Position numbers and translations under genes: made by a program. The notes beneath the pieces are model-generated. The model had not been told where the DNA came from, searched no databases, and was given only the letters and a program-made list of their open reading frames with translations. This document shows, in pieces, positions 25,865-34,936 of a stretch of 64,000 bases of DNA (positions are counted from its first letter, which is position 1; every line of letters begins with the position of its first letter). Origin of the DNA: a virus. The stretch is from positions 16,808-80,807 of IMG/VR virus record IMGVR_UViG_3300042945_001784. The stretch is one strand, 5' to 3'.

Positions 25865-26199
25865 TTTTTGCTGACATTGAAATTAGGGAGAACAACTGTA
25901 CTGTTTCTAGATCCTCCAGATCCGCTGCCGCCAGGGGCTTCTCTGGAGCTGTTCTGCGAACGGACGTTTTCATGTGTTATTTCCGGTATTTACTACGGGA
26001 TGAGTTTTTAGCTGTTCTCAAGTGTCCGTCATAAGGACGCGTACTTGGAACGGACGCATTAGAACAGCTAGCTACTACTCTCTAAGAATATTTAGGGTTT
26101 TAAGAGCAAAAGCATCCGTTCGTTTGGCAATCTTTAAAACCCCTTGACTCGCAAGGGATCTGACCCTATCCTAAAGGTGTCCCTAAAACCTCCCCTACT

Positions 26200-26706
26200 G
26201 TGGATTACCTGCAGTTTTTTAGAGATGAGTACCTAACAGAACAAGACCTCGTTGCTTTTGCTACTACTCTCAAGCTGTGTCAAGATGGAATCGGATTGAG
26301 TCCGTGTTGGTGCCTGAAAAAACTGGACCACCCTGGCCTGAAACACTTCTCTACGTCCCACCGATTCAGGCCACAGTTCAAGGGACGGGATGCCCGAGTG
26401 CTGGCGATGGCCCTTGTGAATCAGTTCATGCCAGAGGAGGGAGCGGTCGTTGTGCGGCGGCACATCTGCAAATCACAGCACTGCATCAACCCGTCCCACT
26501 ACTACTTCGGCACACTGAAGGATGTGAAGCTGGAGCACGCCAAAAGAAAAGGAGTTGACATCAGCCCAGTGGTGGTGACAGAAATACGGTCTAAGCGTGA
26601 GTCTGATAAGACCACGTGGACGTATCAGAAGCTGGGCAAGTTCTACAAACTCCCCTACCATGTCATCAGACGCATCTGCACGGAGAACGCTTACGCCAAT
26701 GGCTGA
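26200..26706 (+). CDS. Degenerate HNH / His-Cys-box-like protein
   Basis: PCW...RRHICKSQHCINPSH; C-terminal HTH-like segment. Confidence 0.6.
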   Translation: MDYLQFFRDEYLTEQDLVAFATTLKLCQDGIGLSPCWCLKKLDHPGLKHFSTSHRFRPQFKGRDARVLAMALVNQFMPEEGAVVVRRHICKSQHCINPSHYYFGTLKDVKLEHAKRKGVDISPVVVTEIRSKRESDKTTWTYQKLGKFYKLPYHVIRRICTENAYANG

Positions 26707-27310
26707 CCTTGATGGCATCCTTAGTCAAAACCTGGATTCAATCCTGAAGCCAGATAACAAGTTTGAAAACCAGGTCAAGAAGATCCATCAGGAGACCGCT
26801 AACAAGTACTGCCTATGGCACCGCAACGGAGAGCCCACCCATTGGAACAACTTTGGACTCATGGGAGAATGCCGAGATTGCTTAGCAGAGATCCAGAGGG
26901 GGCGCTGCACTGTTGATGTTTGTAACTTTGAACTGGATACCTACTGGACTGTTCGTAACTTTTGGTTAAAGGTAGACATCAAAGGACCAGATGAGTGCTG
27001 GCCGTGGATGGGAGCAACGCGCCGTAACAACCAAGAGACCGTTGCATACATGCCAAGCCCTTTCCATTCCGCTAAAACACAGTCTGCCTCCAGGGTTGCA
27101 TTCTGGTTATCCCGTGGCTACACAGGGAAATATCGTGTGTTCCACCAAGAAGGTTGTGATGTTCTGTGCTGTAACCCCTTACATCTGCGTATAAAGGAGT
27201 TAGCATCAGTACCTGAACCAACTGAAATCACAACCATAAATCTGAGCTATGGCAACATCTTTGACCGAGCAAAAACCAATGCAGAAGCGGAGTCAAGTAC
27301 TCCCGAGTAA
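26699..27310 (+). CDS. HNH-like endonuclease
   Basis: ECWPWMGA...ASRVAFWL...CDVLCCNPLHL. Confidence 0.65.
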   Translation: MADLDGILSQNLDSILKPDNKFENQVKKIHQETANKYCLWHRNGEPTHWNNFGLMGECRDCLAEIQRGRCTVDVCNFELDTYWTVRNFWLKVDIKGPDECWPWMGATRRNNQETVAYMPSPFHSAKTQSASRVAFWLSRGYTGKYRVFHQEGCDVLCCNPLHLRIKELASVPEPTEITTINLSYGNIFDRAKTNAEAESSTPE

Positions 27311-27590
27311 TTTCCACCAAGAAGAAAAGCAGTACGCAGGCTTCATCACCATTGGTGGAGAAGCACATGTCACTGCTTGGTTTGAAACCAAGGAGGAAGC
27401 TGAGTTGGAGTTGCGTTGTCTGGAGAAATCCCTAAGCTATGAACTGATTGAAACAGTGGAGATGGAAGGGATGTATCCAGAACGCGCTAGAATCATTGAA
27501 GAATTGTATCAAGCCAGTGGCCGTACCAACGGTTTATACACAGGCTTAAACATGTCTGATGTCAAGATTTCTAGCAACGCTGCCAGTTAA
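27279..27590 (+). CDS. Hypothetical protein
   Basis: ORF ending 'LY..SGRTNGLYTGL'. Confidence 0.55.
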   Translation: MQKRSQVLPSNFHQEEKQYAGFITIGGEAHVTAWFETKEEAELELRCLEKSLSYELIETVEMEGMYPERARIIEELYQASGRTNGLYTGLNMSDVKISSNAAS

Positions 27591-28236
27591 CCTGGGTTTT
27601 GTTAACTTAGGAACAGTCGAATCCTATCCAACTGGAGGCACAGGTCCTACTGCTTATGGTCCTACATCGTACTACGGCAGTGATCCATTGCCTCCACGCT
27701 TGGGAGATTCTATTAATAACCCTGTTAATTTGGGGAATCTCACGGCTATATATCGCACGATAAACATTTCTAATTCTCACGGTGGATTAAGTCGGCAACA
27801 AAGTACATTTTATTCTTTCAACTTAATTACATCACGATCTATTAAAGTTACTCAAAACTATAGTCAGTTTGCTACTACACAGCAGACTAATCGTAATACT
27901 CTGATATCTTTTTATAAAGTAGAAGATGGCAATCATCGTCGTGAATTGCCTATTAATGATCAGGGTTATGTTGTTGAAGAAGCATCAGTAGAAAATGGTG
28001 ACCAAGAAAATCCAAATGTATGGTCAGACTATCCACCAGTACAACTTTCTAAAGGAACGTATATCTTTCTAATTACCAATGATATTCGTTATCTAGAAAC
28101 AACTTACTCTATTTCTCTAGAAGCTTTTATTTCAGATTGGAGATTTGTTGCAGAATTTGTTGAAGAATCATTAGATTTTGGTACTGTAACACAACCTGTG
28201 CAAGCAACTTTGGACTTTGGATCGGTTACAAGTTGA
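27559..28236 (+). CDS. Probable structural protein
   Basis: Beta-rich, Ser/Thr-rich; two C-terminal LDFG motifs. Confidence 0.55.
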   Translation: MSRFLATLPVNLGFVNLGTVESYPTGGTGPTAYGPTSYYGSDPLPPRLGDSINNPVNLGNLTAIYRTINISNSHGGLSRQQSTFYSFNLITSRSIKVTQNYSQFATTQQTNRNTLISFYKVEDGNHRRELPINDQGYVVEEASVENGDQENPNVWSDYPPVQLSKGTYIFLITNDIRYLETTYSISLEAFISDWRFVAEFVEESLDFGTVTQPVQATLDFGSVTS

Positions 28237-28281
28237 TTGTCCTGAGGAATCTGCTAATCTAAATACAGTTACCTAGGTATC

Positions 28282-28485
28282 ATGAAGACAGTTACCCTCA
28301 AAGAATTTGAGAATAACTTTGATGTTTTCATGGATGACATTATTGAAAATGGTCGTCACTATAAAATTACCTATGGTGACAACAAAGCTGTCATGATGAT
28401 TCCTTATGCTGAATATGAACTACTTCTAGATACTTATAAAGATTGGGTAGAAGAAACTAAAGATTCTATAGAAGAAACTTTTTAA
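28282..28485 (+). CDS. Phd/YefM-like antitoxin-family protein
   Basis: 'MKTVTLKEFENNF...II.NG..Y.IT.....AVMMIPYAEYE' matches the Phd fold pattern. Confidence 0.65.
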   Translation: MKTVTLKEFENNFDVFMDDIIENGRHYKITYGDNKAVMMIPYAEYELLLDTYKDWVEETKDSIEETF

Positions 28486-28928
28486 TTATCTCCTGTTCTA
28501 TCGTAGTATGTAGGACTATTAAATTTATTGCTAATATATCTTGGCTCTGATCTCTTAATAGCTTCATTATAAACTTCTCTACTATCCTCGTTTTTATTTT
28601 CTTCTTTCTCTTCGGAAGTTTTAAACATTCCGCTTGTTTTTGCAGCTTGAACCAAACCAGATAAATCGTAGGGCTCTTCAACTTTACCCGGTTGAATAGT
28701 CCTGCCAGCATTTGTTACCATCGGGCTATACGTTGGTGTACGTCCATAAGATGCCATTGTTCGATTAACCATATCTTGATATGTGCTTCTTTCTTGTAAA
28801 GCTCTTTGACCGTAGTACCCAGCTATATCTCCTAGTTTTGTCAAGTATTCAGGAGACGCCCACTCCCGGACTATGACTGGATCTGGATTTTTAATAGTCG
28901 TTGTGGTTGTAGGAGCACGTGAGCCCAT
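28482..28928 (-). CDS. Hypothetical protein
   Basis: 148-aa ORF starting MGSRAPTTTTT. Confidence 0.55.
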   Translation of the reverse strand: MGSRAPTTTTTIKNPDPVIVREWASPEYLTKLGDIAGYYGQRALQERSTYQDMVNRTMASYGRTPTYSPMVTNAGRTIQPGKVEEPYDLSGLVQAAKTSGMFKTSEEKEENKNEDSREVYNEAIKRSEPRYISNKFNSPTYYDRTGDN

Positions 28929-28988
28929 TGCAAACTTTTACTTCAGCTTGACTTCTATACTTACTCTATCGGCAATAAACCTGTAAGC

Positions 28989-29327
28989 ATGGGGCACCAG
29001 CTGAAAACCTGCAATGACCAGGGCAAAGATCAAGATCAGCTCAGCGTAGGTAATGGGTCGTTTCATAGGTACAGTCCTTTTACTGAGGATTTTAAAGAGT
29101 TGCTCAAGGCAATGTCCACTAAGACGATGTTATCACTAATGTCAACCCAACAGAAAAACTTTGCAAACTCTTTATGGGAAGCTTCTAACTTTGGTGGTAG
29201 GCCCAAGCCAGGAGACCTAAAGCACGTGGAACCTAAACGAGATTACTATGAGTTAGTTCTGATGATGGAACATCAACGACAGTGGGAGGAGAAGCAGCGT
29301 TATTGCAGGCAGGCAAAAAGTTGTTAA
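28989..29327 (+). CDS. Hypothetical protein (start uncertain, possibly 29112)
   Basis: ORF track. Confidence 0.45.
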   Translation: MGHQLKTCNDQGKDQDQLSVGNGSFHRYSPFTEDFKELLKAMSTKTMLSLMSTQQKNFANSLWEASNFGGRPKPGDLKHVEPKRDYYELVLMMEHQRQWEEKQRYCRQAKSC

Positions 29328-29351
29328 GCTGTAGCAAAACAACCTTTATAA

Positions 29352-29924
29352 ATGAGCTATCGCTTTGCCGACCTTGATATTGATCTTGTAACTACAGACA
29401 ACTATAAAGAAATCTTGAAACCTTCTTTAGCGGAACAGGTAACACCTTTTATGCCGCCAGAAGGAAGTTTTGAAACAGCAGATCTTAAACGATATTTGGA
29501 ACTGGTTAAGAGCTATGAGGTAAATACGACTGATCTAATTCACGGCTTATCACTGGCTGATCAAATCAGGATTACATTCAGTGATATGAAACCGGCAACA
29601 ATCTGTGAAAAGTTTCCCGACATTGACTTGGCAACAAAACGGCGATATCGTTGTGTAGCTGAATATCTTATACGCCAGCAGGAGTTAGCTAAACTCAAAG
29701 ACGAGAATGGCAAACTCATTAAGAAACTAGGCAACATGGGAAAGATGGTTGTCATCTATGAACCATTGCCTAAAATCTGCAAAACCCTACAACAAACCGG
29801 ACTCGGACAATTTATTAAAGATGAGCGACAGGCGGCAAAGGTTAATCAACGGTCTCCTCTCAACAGCCAAAACTGGTGGGGAGAAGAAGATGGCACAACT
29901 TGTGATCGAGAGGATCTGTGCTGA
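29352..29924 (+). CDS. Hypothetical protein
   Basis: 190-aa ORF. Confidence 0.65.
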   Translation: MSYRFADLDIDLVTTDNYKEILKPSLAEQVTPFMPPEGSFETADLKRYLELVKSYEVNTTDLIHGLSLADQIRITFSDMKPATICEKFPDIDLATKRRYRCVAEYLIRQQELAKLKDENGKLIKKLGNMGKMVVIYEPLPKICKTLQQTGLGQFIKDERQAAKVNQRSPLNSQNWWGEEDGTTCDREDLC

Positions 29925-30237
29925 TATGTGTGACTTCTATGAGAAGTTTTACGCTAATGAAGGTCCCGGCGCCATGGTGTATGTGCCTGGCACAAAAAAC
30001 CCAGAGGACTCAATGTTCTATCTGACAGTTCCAGCATTGATTCAGGCTCAGTCTGATTTTCGCTCCAGAGAAATGGAAGGTCCTGCTGAAATCATGCAAA
30101 AAGCTATTGCCCGTGCAGAAGCTGTTGATCCAGCAAAAGAAGGTGTCTTCATTCTTCAAGATGCAAAACAAATGTCACTGATCTGTTACAAACGCGATCA
30201 ACCATTGCCGTTTGCAGAGCTGCCAGAAGATGCATAG
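29821..30237 (+). CDS. Hypothetical protein
   Basis: ATG at 29821; coupled to the MTase-like gene. Confidence 0.6.
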   Translation: MSDRRQRLINGLLSTAKTGGEKKMAQLVIERICADMCDFYEKFYANEGPGAMVYVPGTKNPEDSMFYLTVPALIQAQSDFRSREMEGPAEIMQKAIARAEAVDPAKEGVFILQDAKQMSLICYKRDQPLPFAELPEDA

Positions 30238-30856
30238 GCAAAGAGCTACAACAAATAGCCATTTTGAAAAGCTCTATCGCATTTACAGATTAGAAGATGA
30301 TTGGTGTACACCACCAGAATATCTTCCTCTGATCTATCACACGTTAGGAACAGTTGATCTTGATCCTGGATCAACAGAACATGCTAATAATGAGTTCTTA
30401 AAAGCAGATACCATCTTTACAAAAAAAGATGATGCATTAAACAGGACAGATCCATGGCGCGGAAACGTTTATTGTTTCCCACCTACCTACGGTCGGTGCT
30501 CGTTTAACAAGCACAGGGGCAGCTGGCGCTGGTCTCTACGTGGCGGCTTTGGTGCACAGAGCCCTTCAACGGCTTGGTTTCGTCGTTTAGAGAAGGACTG
30601 GAAGCTGGGTTACGTTAATGCTGCTTTGTTCTTTACGGTGACTCCAGAGGTGATGCGAACAGCGCCACAGATTTGGGATTATCCAATCTGCATTCCTTCC
30701 AGGCGTCCCAAATTACTCCACGGCAAGACCTTTTATCAGATTGAAAACTTTCCTAAGTGGGGATTCTTTGTATTTCTTCCACCAAAAGAAGGTGGTTTTA
30801 ATCGTCTTGATAAATTTGAAGAAGCTTTCTCAACGCTTGGGAAGGTTGTACTGTGA
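30230..30856 (+). CDS. Phage Dam-like N6-adenine methyltransferase homolog with altered catalytic motif
   Basis: DDWCTPPE, VDLDPGS, DDAL...W.GNVY; FPPTYG in place of NPPY. Confidence 0.65.
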   Translation: MHRQRATTNSHFEKLYRIYRLEDDWCTPPEYLPLIYHTLGTVDLDPGSTEHANNEFLKADTIFTKKDDALNRTDPWRGNVYCFPPTYGRCSFNKHRGSWRWSLRGGFGAQSPSTAWFRRLEKDWKLGYVNAALFFTVTPEVMRTAPQIWDYPICIPSRRPKLLHGKTFYQIENFPKWGFFVFLPPKEGGFNRLDKFEEAFSTLGKVVL

Positions 30857-30857
30857 A

Positions 30858-31154
30858 CTAAGACGGTGTAGCGCGAAAGGTATTACGGAAACCAATAGAG
30901 CTGTCAGTGTTACCGAGACTGGCAGCACCACGTGGCTCGTAAGGGAGCGCAACGATAGGAACAGTACCACCTTGTGCAGGGAAAATAAAGCGGTCATCCT
31001 GGCGGCGTTCTAATGTAATAGGAAGTTTACTTGCAGAACGTCTTGCGTCCAGGTAATTCTGCAGAAAATTTAAAGCCTGATTGTTATCAGGTATTTCTTT
31101 TGCTTCTTGATAGCGACTGTCAACCTTATAGGATTGACTCTTTTCAAATGCCAT
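30858..31154 (-). CDS. Hypothetical protein, possible internal virion protein
   Basis: Contains FLQNY. Confidence 0.55.
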   Translation of the reverse strand: MAFEKSQSYKVDSRYQEAKEIPDNNQALNFLQNYLDARRSASKLPITLERRQDDRFIFPAQGGTVPIVALPYEPRGAASLGNTDSSIGFRNTFRATPS

Positions 31155-31185
31155 TCTATTATTCTGCCAGCACTAAACGTTAACC

Positions 31186-31593
31186 TTGTCAGATCCAGTC
31201 GATCATCCCAGTCATTACACCAAAGGTGGTGTGGAATGTATTGATGCTATTCAATCTTCCATGACGGAAGAAGCATTCCGTGGTTACTGCAAAGGTAACA
31301 TTCAGAAATATATTTATCGCTACGAAGATAAACAGAATCCTAAACAGGATCTTCTTAAAGCTCGGTGGTATCTGGATCGTCTGCTTCAAACGTTTCCTCA
31401 AGAAACCCAGTCAGAGCCTCAACCTCCTCAATCATTAGTACCCGAGCAAACTCATCCAGCTCCTGTAAATATTTCTCTTTCTCCTCAGGAATTAGACTGC
31501 TTGCGTATCTTAGAGACTCTAGATCTTTTAGATCAGCTTCAAGAAAAGAAGATTGAGAACCCGTTGCCAACGGTTTCTGATTCCACAATCTGA
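31186..31593 (+). CDS. DUF3310 (T7 gp1.7 nucleotide-kinase-like) protein
   Basis: DPVDHPSHY..GGVECIDAI...GN..KY.YRY..K....DL.KA.WYL. Confidence 0.85.
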   Translation: MSDPVDHPSHYTKGGVECIDAIQSSMTEEAFRGYCKGNIQKYIYRYEDKQNPKQDLLKARWYLDRLLQTFPQETQSEPQPPQSLVPEQTHPAPVNISLSPQELDCLRILETLDLLDQLQEKKIENPLPTVSDSTI

Positions 31594-32230
31594 AAAATTC
31601 AGAAACAATTTCACCACCAGGGTTTAACCGCAGGAGTTCTGATTCTAAATACTCAATAGCCCTGACTTGTTCAATGGTTCCTTTGTAGTTTTCAGCAATA
31701 TTTAACAAACACTGTTCAGTAATACAGTTATGTTCCACTAACAATGGAACTTGTATATCGCTTTGCAGATAAAGATCTAATTCAGATCTTCTTCTATCTC
31801 TCAGTACGGGATCTGATTGATAGTTTTTGCGCATAAAAGGAGACCACTCTTTAATGATCTCTTGTTTACTTGCATTGCCATTGATTAATTCAAGCAGTTT
31901 ACATTGTTTGAAATAACTAAGTCCTACGCTTTCCGCATAACTTAGTACAGCACCACGCTTCTTTTCATTGAGTGGCATGTAAACCACGTCAGAAACATAC
32001 TCAGAAAAAATTTCTAGATCTTCTCTGAGTTGTTCATCAATTTCACGCCGAGTAACTTTTGTAAATGGTGTTACTGTCTGGCGGCCAATTTTTTTGCTGC
32101 CATAGCCAATCAACCAAGGGCCATCTTCCTTGGTTGCTTTATACGATGTATATTCTTCAAAACCAACATGGATGCGACAGGGTGTGTACCGCCGCACCAG
32201 TTCAAACGCGTAGTCAGTATAAAAGGACAA
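31355..32230 (-). CDS. GH24 lysozyme-like protein, apparently catalytically degenerate
   Basis: WLIGYG, 'PLNEKKRGAVLSYA..VG', 'DRRRSE..LY' are present; the catalytic Glu of the FEG motif is absent. Confidence 0.6.
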   Translation of the reverse strand: MSFYTDYAFELVRRYTPCRIHVGFEEYTSYKATKEDGPWLIGYGSKKIGRQTVTPFTKVTRREIDEQLREDLEIFSEYVSDVVYMPLNEKKRGAVLSYAESVGLSYFKQCKLLELINGNASKQEIIKEWSPFMRKNYQSDPVLRDRRRSELDLYLQSDIQVPLLVEHNCITEQCLLNIAENYKGTIEQVRAIEYLESELLRLNPGGEIVSEFFRLWNQKPLATGSQSSFLEADLKDLESLRYASSLIPEEKEKYLQELDEFARVLMIEEVEALTGFLEETFEADDPDTTEL

Positions 32231-32255
32231 GGGACCACTGGCCCCTTACCGGGGC

Positions 32256-32642
32256 TCAGGGAACAACAACAGAACCGTTATAGCTGATTTCGCTGTAATC
32301 GTCTGGAGTTGTCATCAGAACAATATAGTTCTTAGCAGCGTTCGTTACGGTAACAGCTACTGCACCCTTGCCTTTACCTGCTTTAGCAATGTTGAAAAAC
32401 TTCTGATAGCCGGTAGGTGCTGAACCTGCTGTGTAGTCATCATCTTGAAAGATCTCAATGGTTTCAATACCAACACTGCGATCAATCTTGACGATGATGT
32501 CACCTGTAGAGCCTGGGTTAACCAGGAAAGCACGCTGGCTTAGATCACCAGTGGAACCAGGCAGAGCATCGCCTTTATAAACCAGCTCAGCACCGCTAGC
32601 GGTAAAGGTGTCTTGCGTTCCTTGAAAAGTGCGGGTAGCCAT
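32256..32642 (-). CDS. Probable structural protein
   Basis: Beta-rich 128-aa ORF with strong codon bias. Confidence 0.55.
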   Translation of the reverse strand: MATRTFQGTQDTFTASGAELVYKGDALPGSTGDLSQRAFLVNPGSTGDIIVKIDRSVGIETIEIFQDDDYTAGSAPTGYQKFFNIAKAGKGKGAVAVTVTNAAKNYIVLMTTPDDYSEISYNGSVVVP

Positions 32643-32644
32643 TA

Positions 32645-32866
32645 TCAGTTAATTTGGTTTTGCGTTTGAAACTGGAAGGAGATGTCGGCATCAATACCGT
32701 GTTCTTTAAGAATGCTGAGGAACATTTGACGATCCATCATTTTCATGTGGAGCATATCAACAAAAGCTTCCTCTAGCTCGTCACGGTCAAGATCCTTGAT
32801 TGCCAGAGCTGCTGCATGGATAGCAAATTCGCTATCAATGGGCAGATCCAGGGCATTGGCATCCAT
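32645..32866 (-). CDS. Hypothetical protein
   Basis: 73-aa acidic helical ORF. Confidence 0.55.
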   Translation of the reverse strand: MDANALDLPIDSEFAIHAAALAIKDLDRDELEEAFVDMLHMKMMDRQMFLSILKEHGIDADISFQFQTQNQIN

Positions 32867-33140
32867 TAAAAATTTACCAATCCGTCACTACATCCTAACA
32901 GCTCTGCAATTTTTGGCTACTAGGCCATTGCAGATTTGGTGCCAGGGGGAATGTACCGCTGGTCAACAGTAAAGTGAGGAATGTCAGGAGCACCTTCAAA
33001 TGTTCCCTCTTCTGACTGAGGTAGCCGAGTAGAGACGTAGTTTTTTAAGAACTCTTTTGTGTTCACGATCTAAAAAAAATGAACTCAGAACGTAAGTTAA
33101 GCTGTAAACACTAGTAAAAATTAAAAGGAGCGTAGCCACT

Positions 33141-33599
33141 TTAACCTAAATTAGATTTCAGCAGCCATTGGAACTTTTTGTGAGCACGCCCACGTTCTAC
33201 TGCTAAATCTAATGTTAACTGATCTTTCATAATTTCTGCTTCTTCTGCAAGCATATTAAAAGATTCAGCTAAGGTGTTATGGTTAATTGCTAAAGCACGA
33301 ATCATTCCGTCTTGATCAAAACAACTATCGGGAATTGGAGGCAACATCGAGTTGTTAAGATCATCCACACTCATTGGAGTGCTAATATCTAAAGAACGCA
33401 AGTGCTCTGCAATAACATCAAGACCATCTTGAAGTTCTTCATAAATTTCTTGAGTTAATTTATGAATAGAGTAAAACTTACTACCCATCAGATTCCAATG
33501 GACAATGTAAGTTTGATTGAGAAGATGTGACGTATCCCTAAGCAACTGCACAAGATGGCAGTAACAGGTTGTTTTGGGATCCATTTTTCCTTTAGCCAT
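33141..33599 (-). CDS. dps: Dps / ferritin-like DNA-protecting protein
   Basis: HWNLMG..FYSIHKL...Y.EL...LDVIAEHLR ferroxidase signature; KFQWLL. Confidence 0.85.
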   Translation of the reverse strand: MAKGKMDPKTTCYCHLVQLLRDTSHLLNQTYIVHWNLMGSKFYSIHKLTQEIYEELQDGLDVIAEHLRSLDISTPMSVDDLNNSMLPPIPDSCFDQDGMIRALAINHNTLAESFNMLAEEAEIMKDQLTLDLAVERGRAHKKFQWLLKSNLG

Positions 33600-33604
33600 A
33601 GCAG

Positions 33605-33892
33605 TTACCACTTCACACGATCTGCCCAATAAGCAGCTGACATTTTTCCTTTGGCAATGTTTTTAGCATGACGTGCTTTAAAACTTTCTCTGCGTTTGCG
33701 GTAGCTTTCTGATTCACCTTGTTTTTTAGGTGAGCCAGAAACACCTTGCTGGCCAAAGCGAATGATCTTTTCTTTTCCATTCTCGCACGCCTTGACTACA
33801 TGTGATTTGGTGGGGTGCCCAGGGGTACGCTGTGGTTTATTGCAGGCCATCCGCTCCTTAGCTAACCGCTTGGCCTTTGCATGGTCTGCCAT
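33605..33892 (-). CDS. Conserved basic phage protein
   Basis: KSHVVKA...KIIRFGQQG...SFKARH...SAAYWA. Confidence 0.7.
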   Translation of the reverse strand: MADHAKAKRLAKERMACNKPQRTPGHPTKSHVVKACENGKEKIIRFGQQGVSGSPKKQGESESYRKRRESFKARHAKNIAKGKMSAAYWADRVKW

Positions 33893-33896
33893 GGCA

Positions 33897-34091
33897 TTAC
33901 ATGTAATTAGAGCGGCGTTCTTCACCAGAGACAGTCATATCCGGCTGCCCTTGTGCAATGCGCTGCCAGTCTGTTGGCCAACGGTTATCACGGGTTTCCC
34001 TTAAATTCTCTTCTGGTAAAGGAAAATCTTTACGCACAAAACTTTTAAGAAAAGCTTTACCTGGCTCTGTTGTATCTTCTGAAAACATCAT
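33897..34091 (-). CDS. Hypothetical protein
   Basis: Contains KAFLKSF. Confidence 0.5.
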   Translation of the reverse strand: MMFSEDTTEPGKAFLKSFVRKDFPLPEENLRETRDNRWPTDWQRIAQGQPDMTVSGEERRSNYM

Positions 34092-34465
34092 GCGCTTACA
34101 ACAAGATCAGGAACATTAAATAAAGAGATTGTTTGTGGTTTTTGCTCTAACCACTGTTTAATTTTACTTTCCCTTTCCTCAGTGTACAATGGATGTCCTT
34201 TTTTAAACCAGCAAAAAGGAAGCTCTGATGCTTTTGATTTATTGCAGGATGTACAGCAGCACGCTAGGTTGTTGCGAGTGTTGTGTCCACCTTTATGTTT
34301 AGGAACAATGTGATCAATGGTTGCAGTGCGATTACACAGTTGTTTTTCACAGTAGGCGCACTTCCATTCCCAGGCTTCAAATATAGATTCTCTGAATTTC
34401 TTGCGAGCACTCTTAGGAGTTAAGACAATGAGATTAACTAAAAGATCGTTCTCACAATGAAACAT
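34088..34465 (-). CDS. HNH endonuclease
   Basis: CAYC...TIDHIVPKHKGG...NL..CC..CN..K. Confidence 0.9.
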   Translation of the reverse strand: MFHCENDLLVNLIVLTPKSARKKFRESIFEAWEWKCAYCEKQLCNRTATIDHIVPKHKGGHNTRNNLACCCTSCNKSKASELPFCWFKKGHPLYTEERESKIKQWLEQKPQTISLFNVPDLVVSA

Positions 34466-34536
34466 GAGATGTTCATGATTCCTAACATCAGGTTAGGGTG
34501 CACAAACCTGTACTACCTGCTAAGCTGTAGTCGCCA

Positions 34537-34621
34537 GGGAGCGTGGCGGAATTGGTATACGCTGCGGACTTAAAATCCGTTGGTCTCGACCTTGTGGGTT
34601 CAAGTCCCACCGCTCCTACCA
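34537..34621 (+). tRNA. trnL: tRNA-Leu(TAA)
   Basis: GGGAGCG/CGCTCCT acceptor, anticodon arm GCGGA-CTTAAAA-TCCGT, long variable arm, GGTTCAAGTCC, encoded CCA. Confidence 0.93.
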
Positions 34622-34622
34622 C

Positions 34623-34696
34623 CGGGATATAGCGCAGCTTGGTAGCGCATCTGCTTTGGGAGCAGAGGGCCGCAGGTTCGAATCCTGCTATCCCGA
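34623..34696 (+). tRNA. trnP: tRNA-Pro(TGG)
   Basis: CGGGATA/TATCCCG acceptor, TCTGC-TTTGGGA-GCAGA anticodon arm, GGTTCGAATCC; CCA not encoded. Confidence 0.93.
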
Positions 34697-34936
34697 TTAA
34701 TCAATGAAACCAATTTCTTTTAAAAACAGATCGTTATCATAATCTGCTGGGTCATAGTCTGCATCTTCTAATAACTTCAACAGGAAATGATGCACACGTT
34801 CTGTTACCCACCGCAGGTCTTCATCACTAACATCGCAGACAATAGCATTAAGACGGAGTTCACGGGACGGTTCCCGAACATAGTCTGCAATTAACTCCAA
34901 AGCACGATACCGTCCCTTTGTAAACTCACCTAGCAT
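34697..34936 (-). CDS. Hypothetical protein
   Basis: 79-aa coupled ORF. Confidence 0.55.
   Translation of the reverse strand: MLGEFTKGRYRALELIADYVREPSRELRLNAIVCDVSDEDLRWVTERVHHFLLKLLEDADYDPADYDNDLFLKEIGFID

Noticed and set aside
34537-34696. tRNAs as a prophage attachment site
   Set aside because: Phage genes continue on both sides; no integrase, duplicated tRNA 3' end or host genes are visible.
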